Below, piece after piece: positions 10,140 to 18,869 of a stretch of 64,000 bases of DNA (the stretch's first letter is position 1; each line of letters begins with the position of its first letter). The notes beneath the pieces are model-generated. The model saw only the letters and a list, made by a program, of their open reading frames with translations. It was not told the origin of the DNA and ran no database searches. This DNA comes from a virus. Lineage: Duplodnaviria; Caudoviricetes. Position numbers and translations under genes: made by a program. Location: IMG/VR virus record IMGVR_UViG_3300002092_001784, positions 128,001-192,000 of that record; one strand, written 5' to 3'.

Positions 10140-10384
10140 CACTAGAAGAAAGAAAGCAGTACCTAATCAAGTTCCTATGTGATATGGGGTGCTATGGCCA
10201 ATTCCTATATAACTGTAAATACCATAAGCAAAAATCGTTAGATAACGATTTTGAATCGCTCGTTATGGTAAAGTATCCGTCAGATGCCATTAGCCATGCC
10301 TTTATATGGGGGGATACGGCAGAGGGACATTCATATTGGCAGGACTTGGCAGAGGAGTTTGAATCTAAATTTATACTACAATGA
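10136..10384 (+). CDS. AFxWxxTPEG-family paralogue 9
   Basis: AFIWGDTAEGHSYW. Confidence 0.85.
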   Translation: MTLEERKQYLIKFLCDMGCYGQFLYNCKYHKQKSLDNDFESLVMVKYPSDAISHAFIWGDTAEGHSYWQDLAEEFESKFILQ

Positions 10385-10626
10385 CGGTAGAGCAACGAAA
10401 AGAATATCTAATCAAGTTCCTATGTGATATGGGATGTTATGACCAATTCCTATATAACTGTAAACATCATAAGCAAGGATTCGATAACGATTTGGAATCG
10501 CTGGCGATGGTAGAGTATCCGTACAATGTCATTAGCCGTGCTTTCACATGGATGGATACGGTGGAGGGGCGTCGATATTGGGAAGCATTGGCAAATGAGT
10601 TCAAATCTAAATTTATAACAGAATGA
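10381..10626 (+). CDS. AFxWxxTPEG-family paralogue 10
   Basis: AFTWMDTVEGRRYW; recent duplicate of paralogue 9. Confidence 0.85.
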   Translation: MTVEQRKEYLIKFLCDMGCYDQFLYNCKHHKQGFDNDLESLAMVEYPYNVISRAFTWMDTVEGRRYWEALANEFKSKFITE

Positions 10627-10874
10627 CACCGGAACAACGTAAGGCCTTCACCATTAGATGGTTGAAGCAAGAGTTAGCCTATGATAAGTTTGAAGACAAT
10701 ATTAAAAGTTATTGTATACGCACTAATAGGCCAATCGATGAAGCGTGGGATGCGCTGATGGCAATGAATGAACCACGGGAAGTGTTTATGTCCGCATTTG
10801 TATTTATCAGCACCCCAGAGGGACAGGTCTATTGGGAAGATATAGCAATTCGATTTAGTAACCTATTCAAATAG
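10623..10874 (+). CDS. AFxWxxTPEG-family paralogue 11
   Basis: AFVFISTPEGQVYW; close to paralogue 3. Confidence 0.85.
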   Translation: MTPEQRKAFTIRWLKQELAYDKFEDNIKSYCIRTNRPIDEAWDALMAMNEPREVFMSAFVFISTPEGQVYWEDIAIRFSNLFK

Positions 10875-10879
10875 AACAT

Positions 10880-11116
10880 ATGACACCTGAACAACGAAGA
10901 CAACTTTTTTATAACTTTTTAATTGAAAACGATGCGTGGACCGCATGGTGGAACAATGTAAGTAAAGCCTCCACTATATGGTCAAAACCGGAAACTGTAT
11001 TTGACCAAAATGATTATAATAAATGTATATTTGATATGTTCGGACTAAAGACAACACCGGAAGGTGAAGATTATTGGTCTGATTTGGGACGAGCATGGAC
11101 GGATAAATTTAAGTAA
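10880..11116 (+). CDS. AFxWxxTPEG-family paralogue 12
   Basis: MFGLKTTPEGEDYW; close to paralogue 5. Confidence 0.85.
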   Translation: MTPEQRRQLFYNFLIENDAWTAWWNNVSKASTIWSKPETVFDQNDYNKCIFDMFGLKTTPEGEDYWSDLGRAWTDKFK

Positions 11117-11119
11117 GAT

Positions 11120-11386
11120 ATGACAGTAGAAGAAAGAGTTAAATACCTAAAGGAGTACCTGTATGACAACAGATTGTTGGACAGCTATTACGCTAATCTC
11201 ATAAAGGATAAAGAGTATTTGCACAACACACAAACAATAGATGAAAGACTCCATACCCTATGTAATACAGATACCCCAAGATCATGCTTCGTTAGGGCAT
11301 TCAGTTGGGAACGTTCGCCCGAAGGCTTTAGTTTCTGGTTTAAGGTATCACAGGCCTTCGCAGAACGTCTAATCTATACACGATAG
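11120..11386 (+). CDS. AFxWxxTPEG-family paralogue 13
   Basis: AFSWERSPEGFSFW. Confidence 0.85.
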   Translation: MTVEERVKYLKEYLYDNRLLDSYYANLIKDKEYLHNTQTIDERLHTLCNTDTPRSCFVRAFSWERSPEGFSFWFKVSQAFAERLIYTR

Positions 11387-11460
11387 CTAGAACTTCTAAC
11401 TTTTTAGAATCCTATAATCCTATAACTTCTACACTAGCTAAATTGGAAAAAGCTAAAAAC

Positions 11461-11720
11461 GGTGCCTGACATTTTGTCAGGTGCCGGGCACTGGTTTCTT
11501 GGAACTGGAAAAAGTTCGAGCGGGCGGGGGGAGCGCTGACTCGTTTCCGCCCCGAGCCCGGTTTTTCTCCCTAGGAGAAAGACATACTAACTTCCAATGA
11601 TTGGGACGAGCCTATCATTTGATAGTTGTCATATTGATAGTTGTCATATTGATATGTTTGTTTGGATAGCGTTTTTATAGATAGCTCGGCCCCAATCGTT
11701 ACAATCGTTACAATCGTACT
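11461..11720. repeat. Non-coding island of GC-rich hairpins, palindromes and short tandem repeats
   Basis: CCTGACA-TTT-TGTCAGG; GTGCCGGGCAC; CGGGC...GCCCG stem 11521-11560; TTTCTCC-CTA-GGAGAAA; 15-bp tandem at 11621; 9-bp tandem at 11693. Confidence 0.8.
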
Positions 11721-11783
11721 GAAATTAAATAAAATTATTCAACTTCGATATTTATATAAACATTAACCATTTAACATACTATT

Positions 11784-12080
11784 ATGAAACTGAAAGAATT
11801 GATGAACGAATCCCCTAAACCAAAGAAGGCGATTCTGAACGAAGGCCAAACCGTTAAGCAAATTGAAGCAACGATGTTGGATTACCTAACCGATGAGAAG
11901 GCCATTGAAGCGTGTTTGAGAAAAACCTATAAGAATATTGAATCCATAAAGTTCACATCACGTGGTACTGAATTTGAGGTTTATATCACATTTAAGGATG
12001 GGTTTACACAAAGTAATGATGGTAGTGGTGCCTGTGTGTTGACAATCAATTTACAATCCCGTAGAAGATATACAAACTAA
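11784..12080 (+). CDS. Leader-bearing protein 1 (MKLKELMNE), putative internal virion protein
   Basis: Shared N-terminal leader; ATATTTAT upstream. Confidence 0.7.
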   Translation: MKLKELMNESPKPKKAILNEGQTVKQIEATMLDYLTDEKAIEACLRKTYKNIESIKFTSRGTEFEVYITFKDGFTQSNDGSGACVLTINLQSRRRYTN

Positions 12081-12084
12081 ACGG

Positions 12085-12885
12085 ATGATAAAATTAAAAT
12101 CTCTATTGAACGAAGGATACCTTTGGGACTCGAAGTCACCTCTAATTGGTGGGCTTATTAAAGATATGCAACCTATGATAGATGATATAGTTGCGGCAGC
12201 AGAACGTAAGGCAGAAGAAAAGGGTATACGATTTACTAAGTTCGATAGAGAGTTTATTGAGTTAACCCTACGGTTTGATCTTCTAAAGTCATTGGGGGCA
12301 TATACGAAACCGGGTGATAAAATCGTATCGAAATCGGTATCTAAATCACATAAGGGTTCTCTAACCATAGATGCGGTAATCCAACGTGATGGCGAACGTT
12401 ATCCGTTTCATACGGAAGTGATTTACGCCGGAGGACATAGTATACAAGTTCTACACTTTAGATACCTAACACATACGAAGTTACCAAAGAGTACGAGTAA
12501 TCCGGAAGCCGATAAGGTGAAGGCGGAGTTACAACGGTTATCGAAGGGACAGAAGATTCAAAAGGATATTGATACGAATGGTAGACGAATACAAAATTTG
12601 GAAGCTAAAACAGCAGAGTTAACTGCTCAAACGGATGATGAGGCATTGGCGGCCGATAAGTATTGGAACGATGATTATTCAAAGTTGGATTGGGATGAAA
12701 TAGTACGGCGTGGTGCAGATAAAAACTACAAAGGGCGTAGTGAATTTGAAACGAGTAAGGAAGAATACCGGCAATCAATTTTGGGGCAACGGAAACGGAC
12801 GATTGCCAGTTACACCGATACCATTAAATCAATTAAAAAGGATACTGCCAAACTACAATCCAAATTGGATGCGTTGGCTAATTAA
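12085..12885 (+). CDS. Leader-bearing protein 2 (MIKLKSLLNE)
   Basis: Shared leader; coiled-coil-like C-terminus. Confidence 0.75.
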   Translation: MIKLKSLLNEGYLWDSKSPLIGGLIKDMQPMIDDIVAAAERKAEEKGIRFTKFDREFIELTLRFDLLKSLGAYTKPGDKIVSKSVSKSHKGSLTIDAVIQRDGERYPFHTEVIYAGGHSIQVLHFRYLTHTKLPKSTSNPEADKVKAELQRLSKGQKIQKDIDTNGRRIQNLEAKTAELTAQTDDEALAADKYWNDDYSKLDWDEIVRRGADKNYKGRSEFETSKEEYRQSILGQRKRTIASYTDTIKSIKKDTAKLQSKLDALAN

Positions 12886-12902
12886 ATAACAAAACTAAAG
12901 AT

Positions 12903-13745
12903 ATGATAAAGTTAAAGAGCTTATTAGAAGAAAATAGTTTAGTAACCGAAGCAAGTTTTTGGACTAAATTAGCTCGTAAGTGGAATTGGGCGCAAGATAT
13001 GATGATGTGGGATAAAGAGATGACATCTGGTAAAAATACCGTTGGTCGTGCAGTACCCGCCCAAATGAAAAAATGGGTTACGGGGTTGAGTAACGATAAA
13101 TTACATTCGACGTATGAGGAAGTCAATGACCCTCGCAGTATTTCTTTTCATTATTTAGCAAAGAAAAATTCACCCGAAGAGTTTTTTAAGAAACTCGTTA
13201 ACCTTGAGGTAGAGAAGCGTGGTGGTAATGAAAAAATAAGTGGTGGAAAGTTAACCAAATATTATGTGGTTTCGCATGGAAAACGATATGAGATATCCGC
13301 ATATGGTTTGCAAGATGCGATTAAACAGGCGCAGGATAAATACGGATTATCTAAAAACTTAAATCCACAAGAACTTGGACATGAAGTAGAAAAAGCTAGT
13401 GAAGTTGACAAGTGGGATGAACTTAGATTTTTCACACTAAGGTATAAGGGTAAGGATGTGGAGGTTAAGGCAAAGAATGCATATGATGCTAGGGAGTTGG
13501 CCAATAAAACATTCCACGCACCGGATAATAAATTTGATGAAATTAAAATTATTTGGGCTCAAACACCTATGGCATCGCATTCCAACGGAAAAAAACACGG
13601 AAAAAAACATAATGATGATTCCTATGTGAATCTGAAGTCCAAATCAGGCTATGGTGGTAGTGGTTATAGTGGAGATGATGACGACGATTTTGACGGATTT
13701 GGCGGCGGTTCGTTCGGTGGCGGTGGAGCCGGTGGTGACTGGTAA
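12903..13745 (+). CDS. Leader-bearing protein 3 (MIKLKSLLEE) with Gly-rich FGGG...W tail
   Basis: Shared leader; ends FGGGSFGGGGAGGDW. Confidence 0.75.
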   Translation: MIKLKSLLEENSLVTEASFWTKLARKWNWAQDMMMWDKEMTSGKNTVGRAVPAQMKKWVTGLSNDKLHSTYEEVNDPRSISFHYLAKKNSPEEFFKKLVNLEVEKRGGNEKISGGKLTKYYVVSHGKRYEISAYGLQDAIKQAQDKYGLSKNLNPQELGHEVEKASEVDKWDELRFFTLRYKGKDVEVKAKNAYDARELANKTFHAPDNKFDEIKIIWAQTPMASHSNGKKHGKKHNDDSYVNLKSKSGYGGSGYSGDDDDDFDGFGGGSFGGGGAGGDW

Positions 13746-13768
13746 ATTTATAAAACAAAACTAAAGAT

Positions 13769-14095
13769 ATGATAAAGTTAAAAGGATTATTAACCGAAGA
13801 ACTAACTAAATTTCCCGGTGAAATGGAAGTTAAAAAGGTGTTAAGTGGATACGAACAATATTCACATGGACCTAATGAAATTGGGTTTTTTGGCAAGGGT
13901 GCTTCCGTAAAAGTGTTGGATGCTATTCTAAAAAAATATTATGACCGTAGTGGTTCAAACCCGCAGAAAGTTATGGGATTCCTTAAATGGGGATACCAAG
14001 CGCCAGCATCACCGTATCATTCGTATTGGGTATCGTTTGATTCATCGGATGGCAAAACAGTTCGTAATTTTTCTGCAAGTATAATAAAAGAATAA
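13769..14095 (+). CDS. Leader-bearing protein 4 (MIKLKGLLTE)
   Basis: Shared leader. Confidence 0.75.
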   Translation: MIKLKGLLTEELTKFPGEMEVKKVLSGYEQYSHGPNEIGFFGKGASVKVLDAILKKYYDRSGSNPQKVMGFLKWGYQAPASPYHSYWVSFDSSDGKTVRNFSASIIKE

Positions 14096-14099
14096 GACT

Positions 14100-14507
14100 A
14101 TGATAAAGTTAAGTGGATTATTAAACGAAGAACGTTGGGAGGCCAAAGATGGTCGTATCTCATTGAACGGTAAGCCGATAATGGATTATGAGTTTGATCA
14201 TGGTTCGGATTCGTTTTGGGTTGCTGACCCGAAGAAAAAGCACGGACAGTTATCATTCGATACAAAGGATGAAATGATTGCCTTTGCAAAGAAATCCGGT
14301 ATCCGTACTTGGAAAAGTAGTGTACACGAAGGAAGTGATGACCAAAAAGAAAAGGTCACACAACTACTTATTAAGTGGGGTAACAATCGTAACGATGTAA
14401 AGGATATGGTAGATAAACACTACGATTATGTGTGTAAGCATTATTCAAATGCAAGCCCAAAGATTAAAGCAGAAGTTATCCGAACGATATATTCAAAAGG
14501 AAAGTAA
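14100..14507 (+). CDS. Leader-bearing protein 5 (MIKLSGLLNE)
   Basis: Shared leader. Confidence 0.75.
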   Translation: MIKLSGLLNEERWEAKDGRISLNGKPIMDYEFDHGSDSFWVADPKKKHGQLSFDTKDEMIAFAKKSGIRTWKSSVHEGSDDQKEKVTQLLIKWGNNRNDVKDMVDKHYDYVCKHYSNASPKIKAEVIRTIYSKGK

Positions 14508-14508
14508 G

Positions 14509-14775
14509 ATGATAAAGCTAAAAGAATTACTTGATGAAGATACAAATTATCCGTATATAAATCAACATACTAAAGCTATAAGCAACGCTGATAAACGCCG
14601 TATACCATCAACAGTGCATGCCAACTATAATATAGTGGTAGATAAAAATGGTATATATTATGCGTATACTAAAAACGGGTTAATAACAGGGGGTTCTATC
14701 AATTCCGATTTGGAGTTATTAATTAAAAACCTGCTTAAAAAGATACAACGTAATCGTTCATTAAAATATTATTAG
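14509..14775 (+). CDS. Leader-bearing protein 6 (MIKLKELLDE)
   Basis: Start reassigned to ATG 14509. Confidence 0.75.
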   Translation: MIKLKELLDEDTNYPYINQHTKAISNADKRRIPSTVHANYNIVVDKNGIYYAYTKNGLITGGSINSDLELLIKNLLKKIQRNRSLKYY

Positions 14776-14776
14776 A

Positions 14777-15151
14777 ATGATAAAGCTAAAAGAATTACTA
14801 ACTGAAAAATGTTGGAAGGGATATACTCAATACGGTATGAAGAAAAAGGGCGGTAAGGAAGTACCAAACTGCATACCCGTAAAAGAGATTACCGAAGAAA
14901 TCAAAGATGGCGACGTATTTGGAAATTGGACGGTAGTTCATTTCCGACCATCCTATGATTCTCAACGAATATTGAGAGGTGGTGAGTTTACCATTCAGAA
15001 CCGAGTTGGAAGGCTTGGTGATAAAGATGGTGACCTACTCAAAGTAGAATACGATGGTACAGTATGGCGCACCTCATACCGTAACATTACATATGAAGGT
15101 ACAACACCCGAAGAGTTAATGAGAAAATTATCAGAACACGATACGTTATAA
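14777..15151 (+). CDS. Leader-bearing protein 7 (MIKLKELLTE)
   Basis: Shared leader followed by CWKGY..GMKKKGGKEVPNC motif. Confidence 0.75.
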   Translation: MIKLKELLTEKCWKGYTQYGMKKKGGKEVPNCIPVKEITEEIKDGDVFGNWTVVHFRPSYDSQRILRGGEFTIQNRVGRLGDKDGDLLKVEYDGTVWRTSYRNITYEGTTPEELMRKLSEHDTL

Positions 15152-15171
15152 ACCAAACAAATAAGTTACAT

Positions 15172-15366
15172 ATGAATGAATTAACAATACGACAAATTAA
15201 GGATATTACCTTAAACTATATGTCTATCAACCGACCGGATTTATCGGTTGACACTAAGGATGGACTTTCATGTTTCGTTGATTACTCAATGGGATTGCAG
15301 ATTGGATTCATTATCGGACAACTCCCCGAAGCCGAATGGGATGAATTTATAAACAGTAATATATAA
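15172..15366 (+). CDS. Hypothetical protein
   Basis: Short ORF in run. Confidence 0.6.
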   Translation: MNELTIRQIKDITLNYMSINRPDLSVDTKDGLSCFVDYSMGLQIGFIIGQLPEAEWDEFINSNI

Positions 15367-15372
15367 TAAGTT

Positions 15373-15921
15373 ATGGGAGAGAGAATAGAAGGGTTTTGGG
15401 TTATGCGAACACCATTATATGCGGGTGGATTGCAAGACCTAATCGATTGGATGGGTACATACGGACAGACATCCGATATGAGAATGATTGAAATTGGAAG
15501 TTATGTTGGGGAAAGTACGGTTATATTTGCGGACAGTTTTAGTCAAGTAATTTCGATAGACCCGTATATGGATAATTACGATCCAAACGATATAGCATGT
15601 AAATGTTGGCCATTTAGTATGGTATACAATCAATTCCTATGCAATACATTACTATACCAAAATATTAAATCCATACGATTAACATCTGATGATGCGGTTG
15701 GGATTCTTGCTTTGCAACAGTGGGATATGGTGTATATCGATGGAGTACATACCTACGAAGCCGTTTCTAAAGATATTCAAAATTATAGGAAATTGATTAG
15801 ACCCGGTGGTTTTATAGCAGGACATGATTATACTTGGGAAGGGGTTAAAAGGGCAGTAGATGAGAATCTAACGGTATTGGAAACATTCAAAGATACCAGT
15901 TGGATAGCAAGAGTAGACTAA
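15373..15921 (+). CDS. Class I SAM-dependent methyltransferase (Methyltransf_24-like)
   Basis: IEIGSYVGES, DMVYIDGVHTYEAV..DI, PGGFIAGHDY. Confidence 0.85.
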   Translation: MGERIEGFWVMRTPLYAGGLQDLIDWMGTYGQTSDMRMIEIGSYVGESTVIFADSFSQVISIDPYMDNYDPNDIACKCWPFSMVYNQFLCNTLLYQNIKSIRLTSDDAVGILALQQWDMVYIDGVHTYEAVSKDIQNYRKLIRPGGFIAGHDYTWEGVKRAVDENLTVLETFKDTSWIARVD

Positions 15922-15939
15922 AAACACAAAAACAAAATA

Positions 15940-16335
15940 ATGTCTGAAGAATTAATCGAAGGACCTGATGGTCGGTTCGGTAAGTACCGTAACAAAGAGC
16001 GGCAGGATGTTGCCACCATTGGAGAACGGAATGGTGAGTATTACGTTTGGTTTGAACCGATAAATCAATTATCGGATAAGTTGGGACCGGTTCGTAAGGA
16101 GTACCCCGTAATGGGAAACCGATTGGTACATCCAAAAAAATGGGGCAGACGAAAGGCCGGAAAGTTATTGGTACAAACCCACATCGAAGACCAAAAGAAA
16201 ATCATCCAACGTGCGCAGGAATACCTTGCCGGCCTTGAGATACTTCTATCCGAAATAGAAGGGTGGCCTGATGATGAATTGGAGACGTTGGAACGAAGAT
16301 GGGATGGTCAACCTGCCGTACCCAAACAAAGGTGA
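15940..16335 (+). CDS. Hypothetical protein
   Basis: 131-aa ORF. Confidence 0.7.
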   Translation: MSEELIEGPDGRFGKYRNKERQDVATIGERNGEYYVWFEPINQLSDKLGPVRKEYPVMGNRLVHPKKWGRRKAGKLLVQTHIEDQKKIIQRAQEYLAGLEILLSEIEGWPDDELETLERRWDGQPAVPKQR

Positions 16336-16532
16336 TAACGAACTTGCTGGCTGGCATAATAAAAGCTGGTATAAAAGTATCATATCAAAAAAATCTGAAC
16401 AGAACCCTAATACATATATATTATAAAAATTTTCTAAAGTCTACGACATGGGGGGAACGATTTTTCGTTTGAATTATTTGGATATATGGATTATTTTTTG
16501 TACATTTGTATGTAAAACAAAAACAAATAAAT

Positions 16533-16874
16533 ATGACAACACAAATAAAAAAGATTGCGGAGTTGGAAGATGAATACTTTTCATTATATGAAAAGAAATG
16601 CTGTAAAGCAGAACCTGAAAAAATAAAGTATGAAATATTAGTATTGAAAGAAGGTGATTGGATATATTCTGATTACTTTGAAGAAGCAAATAAAGTGAAA
16701 AGAATCTCTGGTAATTATATCGAATTTTACTTTGCTGAAACGAATGGAATCAGAAGTGGTATGTTGAGTTTTGTTGAAAATCGATATAATATATCATCAC
16801 AGCATAGATATGCAACATTGCAAGAAATTGAAAGGAAGTTGATAAAAGAAATTCAAAATATTAAAAACAAATAA
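16533..16874 (+). CDS. Hypothetical protein
   Basis: Follows TTTG...TACATTTG promoter. Confidence 0.65.
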   Translation: MTTQIKKIAELEDEYFSLYEKKCCKAEPEKIKYEILVLKEGDWIYSDYFEEANKVKRISGNYIEFYFAETNGIRSGMLSFVENRYNISSQHRYATLQEIERKLIKEIQNIKNK

Positions 16875-16876
16875 AT

Positions 16877-17080
16877 ATGATAACGACAAAAACAATTAAA
16901 CACGATTACTTACAGTTAGTATTATCAGCTCCCGGTAAGGAACTGATTGGTAGTTATACCACAAAATCCGGTCAGGTTAAGAATCGGTATCGAAAGAATC
17001 CAAGCGCCGGTGTAGTTAAAGGAATTAGACATCGGTATACAACTACTATTGAAGTTGAACCAAAAGAGAAAGGAGTTTAA
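16877..17080 (+). CDS. Hypothetical basic protein
   Basis: Followed by terminator hairpin. Confidence 0.65.
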   Translation: MITTKTIKHDYLQLVLSAPGKELIGSYTTKSGQVKNRYRKNPSAGVVKGIRHRYTTTIEVEPKEKGV

Positions 17081-17093
17081 GAACTCCTTTTTT
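17068..17093 (+). terminator. Intrinsic terminator
   Basis: AAAGGAGTT-TAAG-AACTCCTTT plus T run. Confidence 0.75.
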
Positions 17094-17106
17094 TATGCCC
17101 AAACAT

Positions 17107-17162
17107 TTAACAATTTCTTAACATTAAAAATTTGGAAAGTCATTCTAAAAGTTGTATATTTG
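17107..17162 (+). promoter_or_regulatory. Bacteroidota sigma-A-type promoter with upstream TTAACA-N5-TTAACA box (type example of 15 copies)
   Basis: TTAACA 17107 and 17118, TTTG 17131, TATATTTG 17155; same 56-bp geometry at 8941, 17965, 19057, 22600, 31076, 32628, 35163, 36180, 39107, 40885, 46340, 54802, 55117, 56721. Confidence 0.85.
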
Positions 17163-17187
17163 TGTATAATCATTAGGGATGTTAGTT

Positions 17188-17673
17188 ATGACAAACGACG
17201 AAATTTTAGAAGGAAACAAACTGATTGCTGAGTTTATGGGGGCAACAATATCAACACAGACATTATTTGAAAACGATGATGACCTTGAAACATTAATAAT
17301 TGAAAAATATTCTCGTCCATTGTTTTTTAATGATACATTATATTCACTGTTTGGCTGGATGTCTTATGAAAATTTAGATAGGATGTGTTATCATTCCTCT
17401 TGGGATTGGCTAATGCCGGTTGTTGAGAAGATTGAAAGTTTAGGATTTTCAGTTTCCATAAATAACGGAAGTTGTTCTGTTTTGTTTTTAGATAATGACC
17501 ATTATGTTATAAGAGTAGCATATAACGAAGATGGGCACTTTATTAACAGATACTTACCAGAAGATTATGATTGGTATCATACGGTATCCGAAAAACAAAC
17601 CATAACAAAAATTGAGGCGTTGTGGGTGGCTGTTATTGAATTTATTAAATGGTATAACGAAAATAAGAAATAA
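17188..17673 (+). CDS. Hypothetical phage protein (NKLIAEFMG...SWDWLMPVVEKIE family)
   Basis: Start at ATG 17188. Confidence 0.75.
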   Translation: MTNDEILEGNKLIAEFMGATISTQTLFENDDDLETLIIEKYSRPLFFNDTLYSLFGWMSYENLDRMCYHSSWDWLMPVVEKIESLGFSVSINNGSCSVLFLDNDHYVIRVAYNEDGHFINRYLPEDYDWYHTVSEKQTITKIEALWVAVIEFIKWYNENKK

Positions 17674-17685
17674 ATTATAAAAATT

Positions 17686-17910
17686 ATGAATAAAACTTGG
17701 AACAAATCAAACCCATCAGAAAATGGTGGTTATATATGCAGAATAAATAATGCATATATAAAAATGTGTTATTGGAATGGAAGTGAATGGTTTGATATGT
17801 GGAAAACCACTTTGGAAGGAATCGTTGTTGAGTGGATGCATATACCTTATGACGAACTGTTTATTGATGAAAATAAATGGAATATTGATAGGGGCGTAAC
17901 GATTCCTTGA
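17686..17910 (+). CDS. Hypothetical protein
   Basis: ORF in run. Confidence 0.65.
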   Translation: MNKTWNKSNPSENGGYICRINNAYIKMCYWNGSEWFDMWKTTLEGIVVEWMHIPYDELFIDENKWNIDRGVTIP

Positions 17911-18059
17911 AATGTTTGCTAATAATTGAGTATAAACAAATGGATGGTTAAATTTGATACGGATTTAACAATTTCTTAACACACTTTATTTGGATTGTCC
18001 AATCTTTTTTTGTATATTTGTGTATTGAGTTTTGAGAGTGTTTAATTAAAACAAAAGTT

Positions 18060-18344
18060 ATGATTCAGATTGAATTAAAAAAAATCCCTTGGTCTTTTCA
18101 AAATGGTATAATTACAATATCCGAAACGGATGTGCGGTTTGCGACACGATATAATGTTATTTCACCAAATACAGGTGTAGGTAAGGAATTTGAGTTTACT
18201 CACGCAACCGGTCCGGAGTTTGATAAGAATACCCAATGGATATACAAAAGTGAAGATGGTATTCAGTTGGCAGTTTGCAACGATGAACAAATGGCTATGG
18301 GGGCAGCAGAAGCATATTTGAAAGCAAAACTAAGAAAAGTATAA
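18060..18344 (+). CDS. Hypothetical protein
   Basis: First gene after boxed promoter. Confidence 0.7.
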   Translation: MIQIELKKIPWSFQNGIITISETDVRFATRYNVISPNTGVGKEFEFTHATGPEFDKNTQWIYKSEDGIQLAVCNDEQMAMGAAEAYLKAKLRKV

Positions 18345-18345
18345 T

Positions 18346-18612
18346 ATGAAAACGTTATTCGCAGTACCGTGGATTGAAATTGAATACGGGTGGGGAGATA
18401 GACCCGAAGGATATAAAGTATTCGATAATATTGATGAATGTATAGCATCAACCAAAGAATCTTCCGCAAATGGAAATTATAAAAGTGGTGGTGGATACTT
18501 TGGACCGGAACGTCCATTACATTATTTTGAAACGCCTGATGAAATTGAAGGGCCTTTTCCAAAATTCGTAGATAAAATAAAATTCAAATCGAAATCAACT
18601 TATATTAATTAA
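18346..18612 (+). CDS. Hypothetical protein
   Basis: ORF in run. Confidence 0.7.
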   Translation: MKTLFAVPWIEIEYGWGDRPEGYKVFDNIDECIASTKESSANGNYKSGGGYFGPERPLHYFETPDEIEGPFPKFVDKIKFKSKSTYIN

Positions 18613-18625
18613 AACCAAAAAACTT

Positions 18626-18868
18626 ATGAAAGTTACACAGTTTGATGTAAAAAACCAATTTATTATCTCCAATGAAGGAGCTACTTATTTTCAATCCTAC
18701 AACTCCGTTATCGCCAAACGTGAAGGTGAACAGGTTATATTGGATGAACGGTATTGGGATTATTCCCGAACAACCGGTAAGTATCGAAACCGTTTTTTGA
18801 ATGAAACAAAAAAAGATACCCAACGAAAAATCGATTCCGGTGAATACAAACTTGCTAATTTGAATTAG
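18626..18868 (+). CDS. Hypothetical phage protein (FQSYNS.IA...YSRTT.KY family)
   Basis: ORF in run. Confidence 0.7.
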   Translation: MKVTQFDVKNQFIISNEGATYFQSYNSVIAKREGEQVILDERYWDYSRTTGKYRNRFLNETKKDTQRKIDSGEYKLANLN

Positions 18869-18869
18869 T

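Noticed and set aside
7723-11386. Diversity-generating retroelement acting on the paralogue array
   Set aside because: No reverse transcriptase in the window, no near-identical TR/VR pair, and differences are not adenine-specific.
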